A stretch of 63,375 bases of DNA, the filler included, from Cercozoa sp. M6MM (taxonomy: Eukaryota > Protista > Endomyxa: Ascetosporea), in assembly GCA_040357565.1 (NCBI GenBank). It is 12 parts of 12 records of this genome, joined end to end, with 100 filler letters (N's around TTAATTAATTAA, not from the genome) between each part and the next. Parts side by side here need not be neighbours in the genome. Positions count along the whole stretch, not along the records: positions 35,682 to 47,549 come from JBDODJ010000393.1; positions 47,650 to 55,556 come from JBDODJ010000585.1; positions 55,657 to 57,376 come from JBDODJ010001942.1; 9 more parts are not named here. One strand, written 5' to 3'. A program made the position numbers and the translations under genes. Position 1 is the first letter of the stretch; the number at the start of each line of letters is the position of its first letter. This document shows, in pieces, positions 39,284-55,740 of this stretch. The notes under the pieces are model-generated. The model searched no databases and was not told the origin of the DNA. It saw only the letters and a list, made by a program, of their open reading frames with translations.

Positions 39284-40290
39284 ATGGAGTGGTTTACACA
39301 AGCGTCAGAATTGGTTCCGTGCGAATGCAGTCATGTGCCAGGGTACCAGTGAGGAGCTTTTGTTGTACACCCGAACCTACCTTTCAGGGAAGTAGATCAA
39401 TTGGTGTCGGCGGTGCGAAGTTCAAAACGCCCGTCCGATATTGTTCTTACAGGCAGTGTCACAGAGGCTAAGCTGGGCTTTGACTTCACGCGTATTCCCG
39501 ATACAGAAGTGGTGTTCGAGCACTCTGACTACTCTGTGGCGGTCAACGTTTCGCCATTGAGCCGAGGACACCTGTTGTTTCTGCCACATCGTTCGGAACT
39601 GCGACCGCAGGTGCTGAATGCGACCGAGCTGTCGTTGTTCCTGCGGGTGTTTCAGAGACTCAACGTAGGCACGCTGGGCGGCTTCAATTCCCTCGGAGCA
39701 GGTGCTAGTGTGAATCATTTGGTACCAAGCCTTGTGTTTATGGATCGAGATTGTCAAATGTAACAAGTGTAGCATTTTCACTTGTTACCTCCCGGGTCAG
39801 TCGACTTCAATTGCCCACTTGCTGGCGTTCGTAACTTCGTCTATATCATGCAGTTTCTTGAGTCTAATACAACTGGGTCTCTGGCCGGGCAGACTTTCGA
39901 AAATACAGTGCGAATCAAGTTGAAGACATTATGTGCACAGTGTCAGGTATTAGTTTACACGAAGTAAGTGTGTTGTTGCTCTATCGCTCTTGAGTGAATG
40001 TGTACTGGACTTCAGATCTGCAAGAAGCCAACATTCCGCACAATCTCATTTTCTTCCGTCGAGGCCAAGTGGAAAGCGAAGTGTGCGTGCTGCCTCGCTC
40101 GTTCGCGAGCACACAACCGACACACGACAGACTGGCTGCCTTCCTCGAGTTCGGAGGAACGGTCGTTGTGCCGCAGCCCATTGGAACTGAAGAACTTCAC
40201 GACTACTGCGATGAGGTGCGCTCGCTCTCGCTCGAGTTTCCAACGGACCCGGTCCAGCCTAAATGTGCTCGACCACGCCAGAATAGCTAA
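39284..40290 (+). CDS. GDP-D-glucose phosphorylase/VTC2-family HIT enzyme
   Basis: GFDFTRIPDTEV, NVSPLSRGHLLFLP, PQVL, GFNSLGAGASVNHL/HFH, NIPHNL, AFLEFGG; start uncertain. Confidence 0.88.
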
Positions 40291-40435
40291 CGTAAATCAA
40301 CGGCCAGACGAGACAATCGAGTAGCTGTGATTTCCGCCAGGAAACTGGATACTCTACTGAACCGTACAGTGAAACTGCGCTAGACGTACTGTACGTATAC
40401 TAGACGATTGGACCCATTGAATTAAGCGCAGTCCG

Positions 40436-43438
<3,003 letters not shown>

Positions 43439-43625
43439 ACTAGCACACGTGGGCAACTGTTAAAGTCATTCGAAACAACTACAGTACAATTTTGTGCATC
43501 TTTGATATCTTTTTTTAAATAGTCTTCTCTGTTCTGCTTGTAAGTCTATTTGGCTTTCAGATATTTTTATGTCAAGGTTGCGACTCTGACGAACAGCCAT
43601 TTTTACTTTCCGCTGCCGATGGGAC

Positions 43626-46103
43626 TTAGGGCTGATTTCGGTAAAAGGGACTGAGTGCCTTGCTGAGGCGGTTGTGCCAGGTGTGCAGTCGCAACGCGTC
43701 TTCCTCCGCTGCATGGCGGATGGCTGCGGCCATGACGACTTCGTACAGGACGTTGCCCAACTGCACACATTAAAATGCGTGTATTCTTCGTAAAAAATGA
43801 ACCAATTTACTCTGCGTTCGATATCAATCGCAGCAGTCACAGTTCCTTGTACGAGGGTCCCCAGCAGAACGTTAACATCGCTTTCCGCGTGCAAGTCGAC
43901 CGAAGTTGAGACTCCCAATCCTGGGCACAAACTTCGATAGCTTTAGTTCAAAGGCACATGACAGGTGCGGACCAGTATCTACTTTACCAGCAACTTTCCC
44001 CGGCGCCCTGTAAAACAGCTGTAGCGACAATGCGCGGTCGGCCCACCGAAGGTCAACTCGTCTTCTACAATCCCAACGGTGCCCATACATACTGCAGCTT
44101 TAGCAGGTAGTACGAACAATACAAAATACAGTGATTAGATAGTATGGGATGGGTACTTTGCGTTGTTTAGCAGACGGATAGGGAAGGCGTGGTCGAACTC
44201 GTGCCCAACAGGAGCAGCGGTGGAACCCATGCAGGTGTATAAAGCAATGGCTACGTCAGTCAAGAACCCGAGTGCATCTGTCGTTGACGTTGAGTTTAAA
44301 CCCCAAGCGGGCCAGTCCTTGAAAGACAACGAAACATTTCGCATCAATTGCACAAGTACACCAACCGCGCTCGGAGCAGACGCGGTTTCACGCCTGTGTG
44401 CTTCCTGCATGTCAAGAAAATAACCGGGGTAAAACTGAATAGCCGAAAGTACTGTACCCTGTAGTCAGTCGCATACATCGGCGAGGGCACCAGTGCCTTT
44501 CGAATGTGTCGCACGATTTCTTCGTCTGCATCTTGAACTGCCTGACCGCGGAGCAATCCCGGCAATGTCTCGGCCAGTGCTGTTATCACATCAGTTTCAG
44601 TGAACTGCACAGGCACGCGTTGTTGCAGGTGGCGATCGATGGTTTTGGCTCGCAGCCACTGTGCCGTTCGCGAAAGCCAGAACATCACCACCTTGTGCAT
44701 GTTGACGCGCCGCAATTGTGTCACTGCCTTTGTCTGAGTGAATAGCAGTTGGAACAAGGCCTGCGCTGCCATCGAACGATACAACTCGAACGCCGATACA
44801 CTCTCCTGTGCAATCTGCGCCTTCTCGTAAACAGGCTCTTTCCGGCGCCTCCACATGGGCCGCATGGCACGTCTAGTGTCCACGATTCGTTGCTGCTGCT
44901 GCTGTGCATGCCAAGCTTCCTCCAGTCGCATCGTATAGGACCAACGCTTGCTGCGAGGACCAACCGAATCCTCGAAATCAACCAGCATCAACTTGGTCTA
45001 CACATGGAAAGGTGTAAATTTTTATCAGTATTTACAGAACGGAATATTGATGTGGCTATATAAGTTTTGTACTGTATCGTTAATAGGACCTGTACTAATA
45101 TTTATTGAACCGAGCTGTACCGGAGAAACGAGGAAGTTCGCAAGCTTGCGATCAGTCAGTTCCAGCCTCGGCATTTCGACCCGAGTTTCGCCGTCGAGTT
45201 GGCGACCCCTCGGTTTAAAATTAAAGTTAAGTTCGCTGTCCCTGCGACGGAATTGTCGCACCTCCATTGTCTTGTCTTCCAAGTGGAACGTGTAGTGTGT
45301 CCAGTGAAGTGCGCACCAGATGATCTACAATAACAGTAAATACACACTGTAGATCTCCATCTGTATATGGCACAAGTACATCCGCAATCGCAAATCGAGT
45401 TTTGAACGGTAACTGTGCCGCTTCGTTCTGGCTTGACTCGAAGCCAAAGTAGTGCTCCGCGGACTTTGAGTCTGGCACAAGTTCCGTGAGACTCCAAAAC
45501 GAGAAAGGTGTCACCAGCGTCGACAGCTCCGTCCGTGTGAAGTCCGAGACATGCAGCACGGCATGCACGCGCGGAATCGGAACGTATGGCAGTTGTCGCA
45601 CAATGTCGCAAGAGTCGGACACTTGTTCGTCAAAGGAAGCGTCCAACTCGCGTGCTTGCTCCTGCCACTCAAGCGAACCGAGTCGCTGCAACTCACGCAG
45701 TGATTCACGAATCCAAAACTGTCGTTCTGCTTCGTTCAGCACACGCGTGTCAAAGTTCGGCACTGTCACTTGCTTCAATGCAAACCACGTGTTACTGTCG
45801 GCATGATACGCCGATATCACTGTGTGCGAGCTCTGACCAAGAAGGGAAAAGCTATCGCGTTGGAAGCACAACTCGGCACCCACTGTCAGCCCTGTCCCTC
45901 TGTGCACAGTGCACACATGTATCTCACATTGCAGGTGTGCCTCCCACCGATCTTAAGTGCGAGAAAACAAGATACGTCTCTTGTTCTGTCGTCAAAGGTG
46001 GAACAGAAACAATGTCAAAGCAGATGCTCGAGACGGGATGCGACTCGCGGGAGGCAGCAAGAACTCCAGACACTCCAGTCAGTATGAGCAACAAGGCGAA
46101 CAT
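43626..46103 (-). CDS. Large secreted orphan protein
   Basis: Signal-like MFALLLILTGVSGVLA; long exons (ORFs 45227-45916, 44344-44991, 44135-44410); probable stop after LHTWHNRLSKALSPFYRNQP. Confidence 0.6.
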
Positions 46104-46398
46104 TGCGCTTCCTGGGACAAAGTTCAACACAACACAAAACGAGCACGTCGATAGAGCAGCTGCGCAGCAGCGTTTCATTCAATATTCGGCACACCTTTAG
46201 TTTTATCGACACGTGCCACCGGAACTGAAAGTCCGAGCGCTGGCACCGACTCTGACTAGTACTGAAAAGAAAAATCTGAGTTTACCCCCCCCCCCTTGAC
46301 CCCCTTCACCCCTTTTACCCTCTTTATCCCCTTTACCCCCTACCCACCTTTTGCCCCTTACCCCAGACCAACTGGCCATTAAAGCGGAGACGCCATAA
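46084..46398 (+). CDS. Candidate ~57-aa three-exon microprotein
   Basis: MSNKANIALPGTKFNTTQNEH/FYRHVPPELKVRALAPTLTSTEKKNL/NQLAIKAETP*; the second intron is the C-rich type in plus-sense orientation. Confidence 0.5.
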
Positions 46399-46531
46399 TC
46401 TGAGTCAGTCTGTAACATCTAGTGGTCTGTAACACGGTTTAGCGTCCTGTGCTAGTGGGTACTTTAAGAAGTTTAAACCAATCGAATGACCGGCCGGGTC
46501 ACGTCATCGCATGCACATGATAGATCACTGG

Positions 46532-47549
46532 TCACCCGATGGTGGCGATACCGCCCGTGATGCGACGCAGCGGCATGCGCGGCTGCTGCAGACCGGCGGC
46601 GGCACTCGGCAGCGCCAGAGTCACACGGAAGCGTTTCTCGCTGCGTCCGCGCGGACGGCTAAAGCCGCGCGGCTGCGTCAGGTCGGCGATGTGGTCGCTG
46701 CCCTGCGCCAGCTGTCGTCGCGTGCGTCGCAGCGCGCGCTCTGTCCCAAAACGCACACTTAATCCACGGTCCTTTAATTTAACGCCCCTTTAATGATCCC
46801 TAACCAAGCGCCCCATAAAAACCTCTCAGACAACGTACCCGTACTGTGCGGCTTCTCGAGGTCGGCGACGCCCATCGCGTGCACTTGCTTGTCCTGCCGA
46901 AAAGGTAAGAAGGGTAAAGGAGTAGGGGGATTAAACCGGGGGTTAAGGGAGCTAAACAAGGGGGGGGGGGGGTAAAACCTCAGCGAGCGACCAGGAGCGC
47001 AGCAAAGGCCGATCGGCGACGCCACTCAGTCCGACCGAGGCCGTGTCCACAGTGACACGTGCGTGCACCGTCACACCACTGGCTACACCGTCAGTGGCTA
47101 CACTAGTGGCTACACTGGTATCAGTGGCTACACCGTCAGTGGCTACACTGTCAGTGGCTACAGTAGAGCCAAGTGCGTGTGTGAGCACGTGAGACACACG
47201 CGGCAGCACCAAAGGCAACAAGGCGTGCGGCTCACGCTTCACTCGGCTGCCTGTGCACAAATCCCATCTTACCCCCTCTTACCCCTTTACCCCCTTCTAC
47301 CCTCCATCTTACTCTCTATACCCCCTCTTTACCCCCCAGATACCTTGTGCAGGCGTGTGTTGCGTGCTGTGGACGCCGCTGGTGCGCGATCGCAGCATCG
47401 ACGACTCCACCACGCCCGTGAACGGATTCGTGCTGGGAGGGGGGGGGGGTAAAGGTAAGAGGGGGTAGGGGGTAGAGGGGGTATAACTGCACACACCTAA
47501 GCACGGTGTGCACGCGATCGCTGCTGACATCGACAGGAACGTCCTGCAC
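46532..47549 (-). CDS. C-terminal exons of an unknown protein with (VATD)n repeats
   Basis: In-phase exons, 15-bp coding repeats at 47080-47165, ends ...RRITGGIATIG*. Confidence 0.55.
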
Positions 47550-47649
47550 NNNNNNNNNNNNNNNNNNNNNNNNNNNNNNNNNNNNNNNNNNNNTTAATTA
47601 ATTAANNNNNNNNNNNNNNNNNNNNNNNNNNNNNNNNNNNNNNNNNNNN

Positions 47650-49203
47650 GAGCAGAGTCAAGCAAGGGCCCGCAGGTGGATGAGCGGTTAGATGCGACGC
47701 GACTCGTGAGCGACATGCTGCGTGAGGTAGTTAGTCTATCCTCCTCCGCCTTTCTATTATTCCCCCCCCCCCCCCTCCAGGTGCGAGTGATTGGCCGAGG
47801 CACGCCGGAGAGTCGCTATGTGGCGACAATGTTCTTGCTCGGCTTTCTGCGACAGGTGCGGCAGCAACACCGCTCCTTTGATCACAGGTAGGCTGCAGGC
47901 TTACCCTTAAACCCCTCTTTACCCCTCTTCACCCCCCTACTCCCTTCGCAGTCAAATGTCAAGCAACACGCCAGGTCCCTGGGCGTCATTAATTTCAGTC
48001 TTTGACGTCATTCGACGTTTCTTGTTTCACACAGGTAGGGCCCCTTACCTTTGGCCCCCCTTACCTTTGCCCCCCTTACCTTTGGCCCCTGTCCTCCTGT
48101 CCCCCTATGCATCTCGGTGGGAGCACAGCGAGCTGGGGCGCCCCAGAGCGAGCGCACACGCGCTCAGGAATCTCGGCGGCCTGTGTGGTCACTGCGACGG
48201 CCGACTTGGAGCAGGTAGCGACTACCCCCTCCCCCTCGCGCCCCTGTTTACCCCCTCCCCCGGCCCAGGACATGATCGCGCAGTTCGTGGAGGAACTGCC
48301 GCCGACGGACTTGCACACAAACGTGTTCGTCTCGCTGTCGGGCGGGGCTACGTGTAGTTTTACCCTCTACCTTCTTACCCATACGCCCTTTACCCACACC
48401 CCCCCCCCCAGCGGCCAGGAGCGGCCAAGAGGCGACGCGTACGACGTCGCTGGACGAGACGGAAGAGAGCGAGGGACCACTGCGTGCCTGGAGGAGGCAA
48501 GCCAGCGACCCCGAGAAACAGTGCCGCGCGCGGCGAGCCTTCCTGCCACAGCCCGATATGCAGAGCAACGCGCGGAGTAGCAGCTTCTTCCACGCGCGCG
48601 ATGTTGGTGCGTTGATCCCACCTATACCCTTACCCCTTACCCCCCCCCCCCTGTCGGCAGGAGTGCATTGGCCGCCGCAAGGCACTACGAGCGGTCCGAG
48701 CGATATCTCGCTGGCCGAGCTGTGCAGCAAGCTGGCCGGCACGATGCGCGTCGACTTTAGCAGCACGGCCGGGCAGTCCAAGGAGGTGCGGCAGTACCTC
48801 AAAAGACTACAGCGGCGTACCAACTTCTTCCGCGACGCCGTGCGACTGCTGGCCAACCTGCAAAGTAGGCTTATCCCCTCCAACCCCTTACATCTCCTCC
48901 CACCCACCTTGCACTTACCCCATTCCCCGGCGGCAGAAGCACACAGTATCGAGTCGTTTAACTTCCGCGAGGAGGCCTCGTTGGTGTCGGCCTTCTCAAC
49001 ACCCGACTGCAGCTCATCCGCGCGGACCAAGGTGCTCAAGAAGCTGGCCAAGACGCTGCGCAAGAATGTAGCCTCGCCTGTTGTGTTTCTGTGTCTGTAT
49101 CTGTGGCTGTGGCTGTGTATTTGCCTTTGTCTGTATCACTAAGTGTATCTGTGCTGTGCAGTACCTGCCGGAAGTGCTAACGGAGGAAGAAATGCAAGTG
49201 TAA
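47650..49203 (+). CDS. C-terminal part of an unknown protein
   Basis: Exons DMIAQFVEELPPTDLHTNVF, EVRQYLKRLQRRTNFFRDAVRLL, YLPEVLTEEEMQV*, separated by C-rich introns. Confidence 0.6.
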
Positions 49204-49412
49204 CTATTCCCACAAAGGAATTCGAAAGAGAGCTTGGGCCGACATCGATATCGGATCGATCGGCTTCGTTGTTTTAATTATGTTGATGTGAGATTGCCAA
49301 TTTTAGTGAAGATAACGGCGGACTACGCTAAACAAAAGTAAGAATGTAAGGTCGCTAAATTCAGTGTTCGTTCGACGTCTCAATAAACCGAAAGATATCA
49401 GAAGAGAGGAGG

Positions 49413-52392
49413 TTACCCCAAGGTAGGGCCGTCGTTACAGTTGAGAGTGTTAAGAGGTTTGTTCGAAGAAAAACAAAAGCAACCCTCTTGCCTGCTCAAG
49501 ATAGAGCCAGTTGCTTTGGTCGACGAGCACGGGATCCTATGAGGTACCTGGGTATCTGGAAAGAGGGCTGTTTCAATTCTTGCAGTTGCTCGCCACTCTA
49601 CCACACACAGGGCAGGGTATGCCACCAAGTTGGGCAACACTCAATTGTCAAGTCACTTCACTTCTTATTTGTCACCAAATTGTGTGGTACCTTAATTTAC
49701 GCAGTAAACTGATGTAACAATTCACTACGCACGTTGGATAAATGTCCCCGCTCAAGCCAAGCCTGGCTCACCACGCTAAGCTAACTGGGTTTTAGTAAAA
49801 CTCGACTGTCGGCTAGGCGATAGAGAGTATATGGGTTGACTAGAAGAGGCGAGACAGTCTGTTCCAGCGTTGTGGTTTCTGTGCAATGACAAACTCAGAA
49901 GGTGCTCAGGTTGTATAGACCACCGTAAAGATGGGCACTGGGTACGATAAAAGGTCGACGCAGGTAGAGCAAATGAGCGCACAAGGCCGCCAGTTGTTCG
50001 TCCAGGTCGGCGTCGCAGCGGCCACTTGACCGGTCGATTGCACCTGTGTTGATGTCACCTCGAGCACGCAACAACTCTCGTCGCATCTGTTGCGCTGCCT
50101 GTCGGTTTTCGAGTGTGGTACTATCTGTACAGAGGGAGTCGGTATTGTAACAGACGGGTGTACCTGCACATCGTCGCTCGTGTTGGAGTAAATGTCTGCA
50201 TCGGCGACATCAAAGAAATCTATGCAAGCTGCGTCTAGTGTCTCGGCACGCTGCGGTATCTTTGGCACTCGCTCTTGCTCTGTGTGGGTGATCACAACAT
50301 CCATTCGTATGAAAAAAGACCCTTTTTGCTCTGTGTGATACAGTAATTTACATATGAAAAAAGATCCACCAAGAAACAGCGCTCGCAGGCGTAGCCACCG
50401 CAGCAACAATTCGCGACGTCGCTGTACGATGTCGCTCAGGTGTAGTAGCACTGCGGCCAGTGCACTGAGCCCCGCCACCGAGGATACGATCGGCACAGAG
50501 GCCCCTGTCAGTGTTTCGTGTATGTGATGATGAGGACAGATTTCGATACGAGGGTATGCACGTGTAAGTACACGCACTACCTATATCTGGCCGCAAACGA
50601 ATGTTGTTGAATGGAACGATGAACGCCGCTTCCTTGCGAAAGGTGCCTTGCACCACGTCCGACTGGGGTACGGTAATCACAGGTAAAAAGGAATGACACG
50701 CGTAGAGAAACTGAATTTACCAGCAAGATGACATGCAGCAGCACTGCCAATAAAGCGCATACAGCGAGTCCAGAAACAACGAGTTTGGCGCCTCTCGCAC
50801 CCGCCGCAAACAGGGCACTGCCCAAGAAGCACCGTTGACTTGCACCACAAGTGTGATATGCCCGGTAGCAACACATACAAAGGAACGACGCTCCAGGCAA
50901 AGATGGCGGCACACAGACAAAGAAACGCCGCGTGTCCTGCTTCCTGTAAAAAGGGGATCTAGGAGAACAAAGAGAAGCAGGATGTCCACTGGATCGAGTA
51001 CCCGAAGTCTCCGAGCGAAGCGTATGCCGTCGCCATCAACAACAAGATTGTCGGCGATCCACTGGAGCGGCAGTGGCATTCCGCGATTCTGCCACCTTCG
51101 CAGCATCTGCGCACAAGAACAGATGTAGAGTTAGATTGCGCCTGAGGTGAAAAGGTTGCGAACAACAAAGCAACGATGTTGGGGGCGGCAGCATACTCAC
51201 TTCCGAAACCAAGTCTCCCTTCTGTGTTCATTATCAGCAGCGGTAAGAAGCAGTTGGGGCACTGGCAAATGGGGGAAGTACGCCGCCAGTCGCCTTCGTG
51301 TAGCGGAATCTCCTCATTGTACACAAACTCCAAGGGAGACTCCGGTGCCGACACCTACCTCCTCACTCGGATATGTGAGTTGTAGAGAATAACCGTGCAA
51401 ATATACCAAGGTGAGGTTGACACTGCCCAGACCGGCATGGATCCCAATATTCGCAAGACCTGTAGCACTGTGCTCTGTTCTGTATGCCTACAGCGAGGGA
51501 GCATGAGTCCGTGAGCAAGCAGTCGCATGTCTTTATTGTACCGCCATTGGAAGCTCTTGCGGTGTTGCCTGAGTTCAGGTATATAGGTATAATGTACGTG
51601 TAATTTACATTGTGCATATTTGACCGAAGATAAACTTACTGTAACAGCAGTGCGCCAAGAGCGCGAGAAAATGGCGCCGAACAATGCCGCACCCGCAGCG
51701 ACCCACGCCAGCGACAGTGTGAACTGCTCGCAAGAGTTATCTCTTTTCGTTCCTCACACCATGTATTAGTCCTGCAGAGATGGGGTGGGGGTACCAACCA
51801 CCGCAACCTCCGTCGGTGTGCAGCCTTTGCGACGAGTCGCGTCTCCTGCATGCTCTTCCTTCGAGCATGTACTCTTGTTGAAGCCGCCGCCGTTTCCAGC
51901 GGTGGAAGCGAAATAGATGTCTTGTCCTTGACCTTTTTCCTCTGGCACACGCCAAAAGTGAACGGTACATACATATTTCATTGTGAGCGGGTACCGTGAA
52001 AAGTAGAGGAATCAGCGGTAGCAGCGACACTCCAGCAACCCTAGATTTTGGGTATACCCACGGCCTTCACGCAATCTTTATGACACACTCGAATTGTACC
52101 CTGCAGCTACCAGGTACTGGATTGTCAGAACCTGCGTTGCATGACACCAACCATACCGATGAGCAAATGTAGGGAAAGGGTCAGTTCTATTTTTTCGCTA
52201 CATCGACTCCGACCCATGCTGCAGTGGCTTGCTCGCCGTAGTCCGTCGGTCCCGAACCTGGCATGCAAGTAGCTTGGTTGCTTTACGTACGTTGAGTTTT
52301 AACGCATGATCTACAGGGACGGAGATTAAGCTCGGATTTTGAGATGAAACCTCGACGGAATTTTCGCTCCAGCACTGAGAAACATCGTCCAA
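49413..52392 (-). CDS. Probable orphan multi-pass membrane protein(s); model unresolved
   Basis: Series of minus-strand ORF segments with hydrophobic stretches (DILLLFVLLDPLF, VVSGLAVCALLAVLLH, VAGLSALAAVLLHL). Confidence 0.35.
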
Positions 52393-52552
52393 ACTCGTTT
52401 AATGTGTACTGACCGATGGGAAACGTTGAACTGGAGTTCCTATTCCTCTCAAGTTCAGAGCTCCAAACAATTCCTTTTGCAAAGCAGTTCGCTACTCTGT
52501 TTAGACGAGTTCAGGCGTGTGCAGCCATCTTGCATACAGTAACCACTGAATA

Positions 52553-52857
52553 ATGTCGGCTCAGGAGCACCAAGTCGAAGTTGAGCGCGCCTTGGCGTTC
52601 ATGAACACTCATCATCCCAGCCCAGCCGGCGCGTGGAAAATCACGCAAGTCCTCTCCGCACAGGCCGACGGCGATTCGTGTGTTTCTTCCAATCCCTTGC
52701 ATGTGAATTTAACACTCACTCAGAAGCTTCAGTTCTTTTCTTTTTGCTTGTGTGCAGCCTGCGTTTGTCGCTAGTCCTGTGCAGCGGCGACATGTGCGCC
52801 AAGGAGGACTTTGTCGTCACCGGCGACGAGGTGCGTCGCCTTGAGCCGTCCTGGTAG
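52553..52857 (+). CDS. Small two-exon protein, possibly cystatin-like fold
   Basis: MSAQEHQVEVERALAFMNTHH..WKITQVLSAQADGDS/LRLSLVLCSGDMCAKEDFVVTG..SW*; helix-then-strands pattern, no QxVxG motif. Confidence 0.45.
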
Positions 52858-52972
52858 ACGTCTATCCGAGTAAAAACACCCTTCATCCGACGCCAAAAGC
52901 GTGCAGTCTGAATGACTTGATACGATTGTCGAAACGTTAACCGAATTGAAGGTTAGTTCCTGTAGAGAAAGC

Positions 52973-55541
52973 CTAGTAGATGGGCGCACTTGAGGCATGT
53001 TCCGAGTGCCGCTTGAAGGCACGCACTCGCTGCAGTTTGTCGGTCTGTCCAAGCAGCGGTACTAGTAGAATTAGATCGACCCTTNNNNNNNNNNNNNNNN
53101 NNNNNNNNNNNNNNNNNNNNNNNNNNNNNNNNNNNNNNNNNNNNNNNNNNNNNNNNNNNNNNNNNNNNNNNNNNNNNNNNNNNNCTGGAAGGTCACCACG
53201 ACGACGTACAGCGACACGTCCAACTCGGCCAGCAGGTCCAGTGACTCGCCTGGGGGTAAAGAGGCAGGTAAAATGGAGGGATAGGGAGAAGGTAAAGGGG
53301 AAGAGTAAGGGGTAGGTAAAGGGGAAGAGTAAGGGGTAGGTAAAGGGGAAGAGTAAGGGGTAGGTAAAGGGGAAGAGTAAGGGGTAGGTAAAGGAGGGAT
53401 GAGGGGTAAGGGCAAAATGAAAAGTAGGAGGCAATAGTCGTACCAAGTTCCAGGTTGACTGATGACGCTGTGCGTGCGAACTCTGTAGCCCAACACATAG
53501 GGTAAGGAGGTTAGATGGTAAGGGGTAAGGAGGTAAGGAGGGTAAGGAGGGGTTTAAACCTTCGAGAGCGACCGCAGCGGCCAGAAGCGACTCGAGCGCG
53601 CGTTGGAAAAACTCGCGCGCCACGACGCCGTCGCTGTCGTCCTGCAGCGATGCCTGTGGTGGGGGGGGGGGTAAAGAAGGTAAAGGGGTTGGGGGGTGGG
53701 GATAAGATAGAGGAAGGGGGGTCGAACTACAGTCAGCAGCGTCGTGACGACCTGCGCAGCCGCGCGGAGCAGCGGCGCGTTTCGCAGCAGCAGTAGCGAC
53801 GGCAGCGCTCTCGCCGCTGGCGCCAACTGAGGCGGCAGCTGGTGGTAGGGAGGGGGTGGGTAAAAGGGGGATAAAAAGGGGGGCAAAAAGGCGGTTAAAG
53901 GGGTTAAAGGGGTTAAAGGGGTTAAAAGGGGTTAAAAGGAAGTTAAAAGGGTAACGGGGGGGGGGGGTGAAAGGGGGGTAAAACCTGAAACAGCGACAGC
54001 ACTGAACGCGGCAGCGACAGCGATTTCGACGGCACCAGTTGCCATCTACGCAAGGGGTAAAGAGGGGGTAAATAGGGGGGTAAAGAGGGGGGTAAAGAGG
54101 GGGTAAAGAGGGCGCAAAACTACCGCCGCGTGTAGCCCTCGATGATCCGATCGGACAGACGCGTCGCCGTCGTCGCACTGCTGGCGTTGCTGCCTCCGAC
54201 TGTCGGTGCCTCCGTACCCACCTGCAGAGCGGCACGCGGCGCCTGCAGCACCAGCAGCTCGTCCTACCAACGAGGGGGGTAAACAGATCGGTAAACGGGG
54301 GGGGGGTAGGGTGTAAACACAAGGATAGTAAAGAGAGGCAAAAACAAAGTCAACAGGGTGGGGGTAAATAGGGAACACGGAGGTAAGAGGAGGTAAAGAG
54401 AGGGGAGTAAAGAGGGAACTTAAGAGGGGACTATAGAGGATAAAAGATGGGAGTAAAGAGGGGATAAAAGATGGGACTAAAGAGGGGATAAAAGAGGGAA
54501 CTAAAGAGGGGATTAAAGAGGGAACTAAAGAGGGGATAAGGGGGAGGAGGGTGGGGGTAAAAACGCAGCACAATGTAGTCGCGCGCTAGCGAGCGCATGC
54601 AGCGCGAATCCGGCGCTCCCAGACGCCGCGTTGCCGCCAGCGCGAATTGCGACAACTCCGCCTGCACAGGGGGTAAAATAGGGAGTAAGAGGGTCAAGAG
54701 TGGGGGTAGGGAGTGGTAGGGGTAGAGGGTAGGGGTGGGGGGTCAACAGCCCCACCACATGCGCGTCGATCTCGGCGAGCGCACAGCGCAGCGTGATCTT
54801 CAGCAGCGTGTCCGCGCGGAGCGACGCCGCCTCCGAGTCAAAGTGGTCACCACACGACTGCGTCGGGTCAAACACGGCGCGTCGTACGCTTGGCTCCTTC
54901 ACATGGGGAGGTAGAGGATAGGGGAAGAGGGGGTAAAATGGAGAGGGGGTCGGGGTAAAGGGAGAGGAGGTAAAGGGAGGGGGTAGGGGTAAAGGGGATG
55001 GGGTAAGGGAAGAGGTAGGGTAAAGGGAAGAGGTAGGGTAAAGGGAAGAGGTAGGGTAAAGCGGAGGGATAGGGTAAAGGGGAGGGATAGGGTAAAGGGA
55101 AGAGGTAGGGTAAAGGGGAGGGATAGGGTAAAGGGAAGATGGGATGGGGAGGGGTAAACACGCAGTACAGAGAGCGCAGCGGCCAGTTCGCGCAGCGCGA
55201 GCAGTCGCGGCAACGCGCGGTCGTCGCACAGAGCGCGCAGCAGCAGCGGCCACTGCGGCCGCCCCGTCGCTCCGACCGACCGCGACTGCGTGCCTGTCCA
55301 GGGAGAGGGAGGGCATTTGGTACCCTATGCACACGGAGTATTATTTGGTACCATAGACCTCGTGCAACCGACCGGGACCGCGGACCACGTGCGTCGCATT
55401 GCGCCGGTTCGAGAGACCCCTGCGACGCCGATCGCTCCGGTCAGAGACGGTGCCGCCACTTCGATCACTCGACCGATCACTCGACCGATCACCCAGTCCG
55501 TGAAGTCGCAGCTGCAGCGGAACTGGCGCGCACGATTCGCC
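52973..55541 (-). CDS. C-terminal part of a helical (HEAT-like) orphan protein
   Basis: Exons [61 protein letters not shown]. Confidence 0.55.
53291..53392. repeat. Intronic 24-bp minisatellite (GGTAAAGGGGAAGAGTAAGGGGTA)x4
   Basis: Read directly from the sequence. Confidence 0.9.
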
Positions 55542-55740
55542 TGGGGGGGGGGGGTANNNNNNNNNNNNNNNNNNNNNNNNNNNNNNNNNNNNNNNNNNNN
55601 TTAATTAATTAANNNNNNNNNNNNNNNNNNNNNNNNNNNNNNNNNNNNNNNNNNNNGGGGGGGGGGGGTAAAGTTAGATTAAAGGGGATTAAAAAGGGTT
55701 AAGGGGAAGGGGTAAGGGCAAAGGGGTTAAGGGGGCTTAC

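Noticed and set aside
39782-40020. Apparent frameshift in the GDPGP1-like gene
   Set aside because: Resolved by a ~62-nt GTAACT...GGGCAG intron that restores the frame (PLAGV/HFRKYSANQVEDIMCTVS/DLQ)
53291-55145. Periodic G-rich repeats as CRISPR arrays or true telomeres
   Set aside because: No unique spacers, eukaryotic context, and the repeats are bounded by splice sites inside genes
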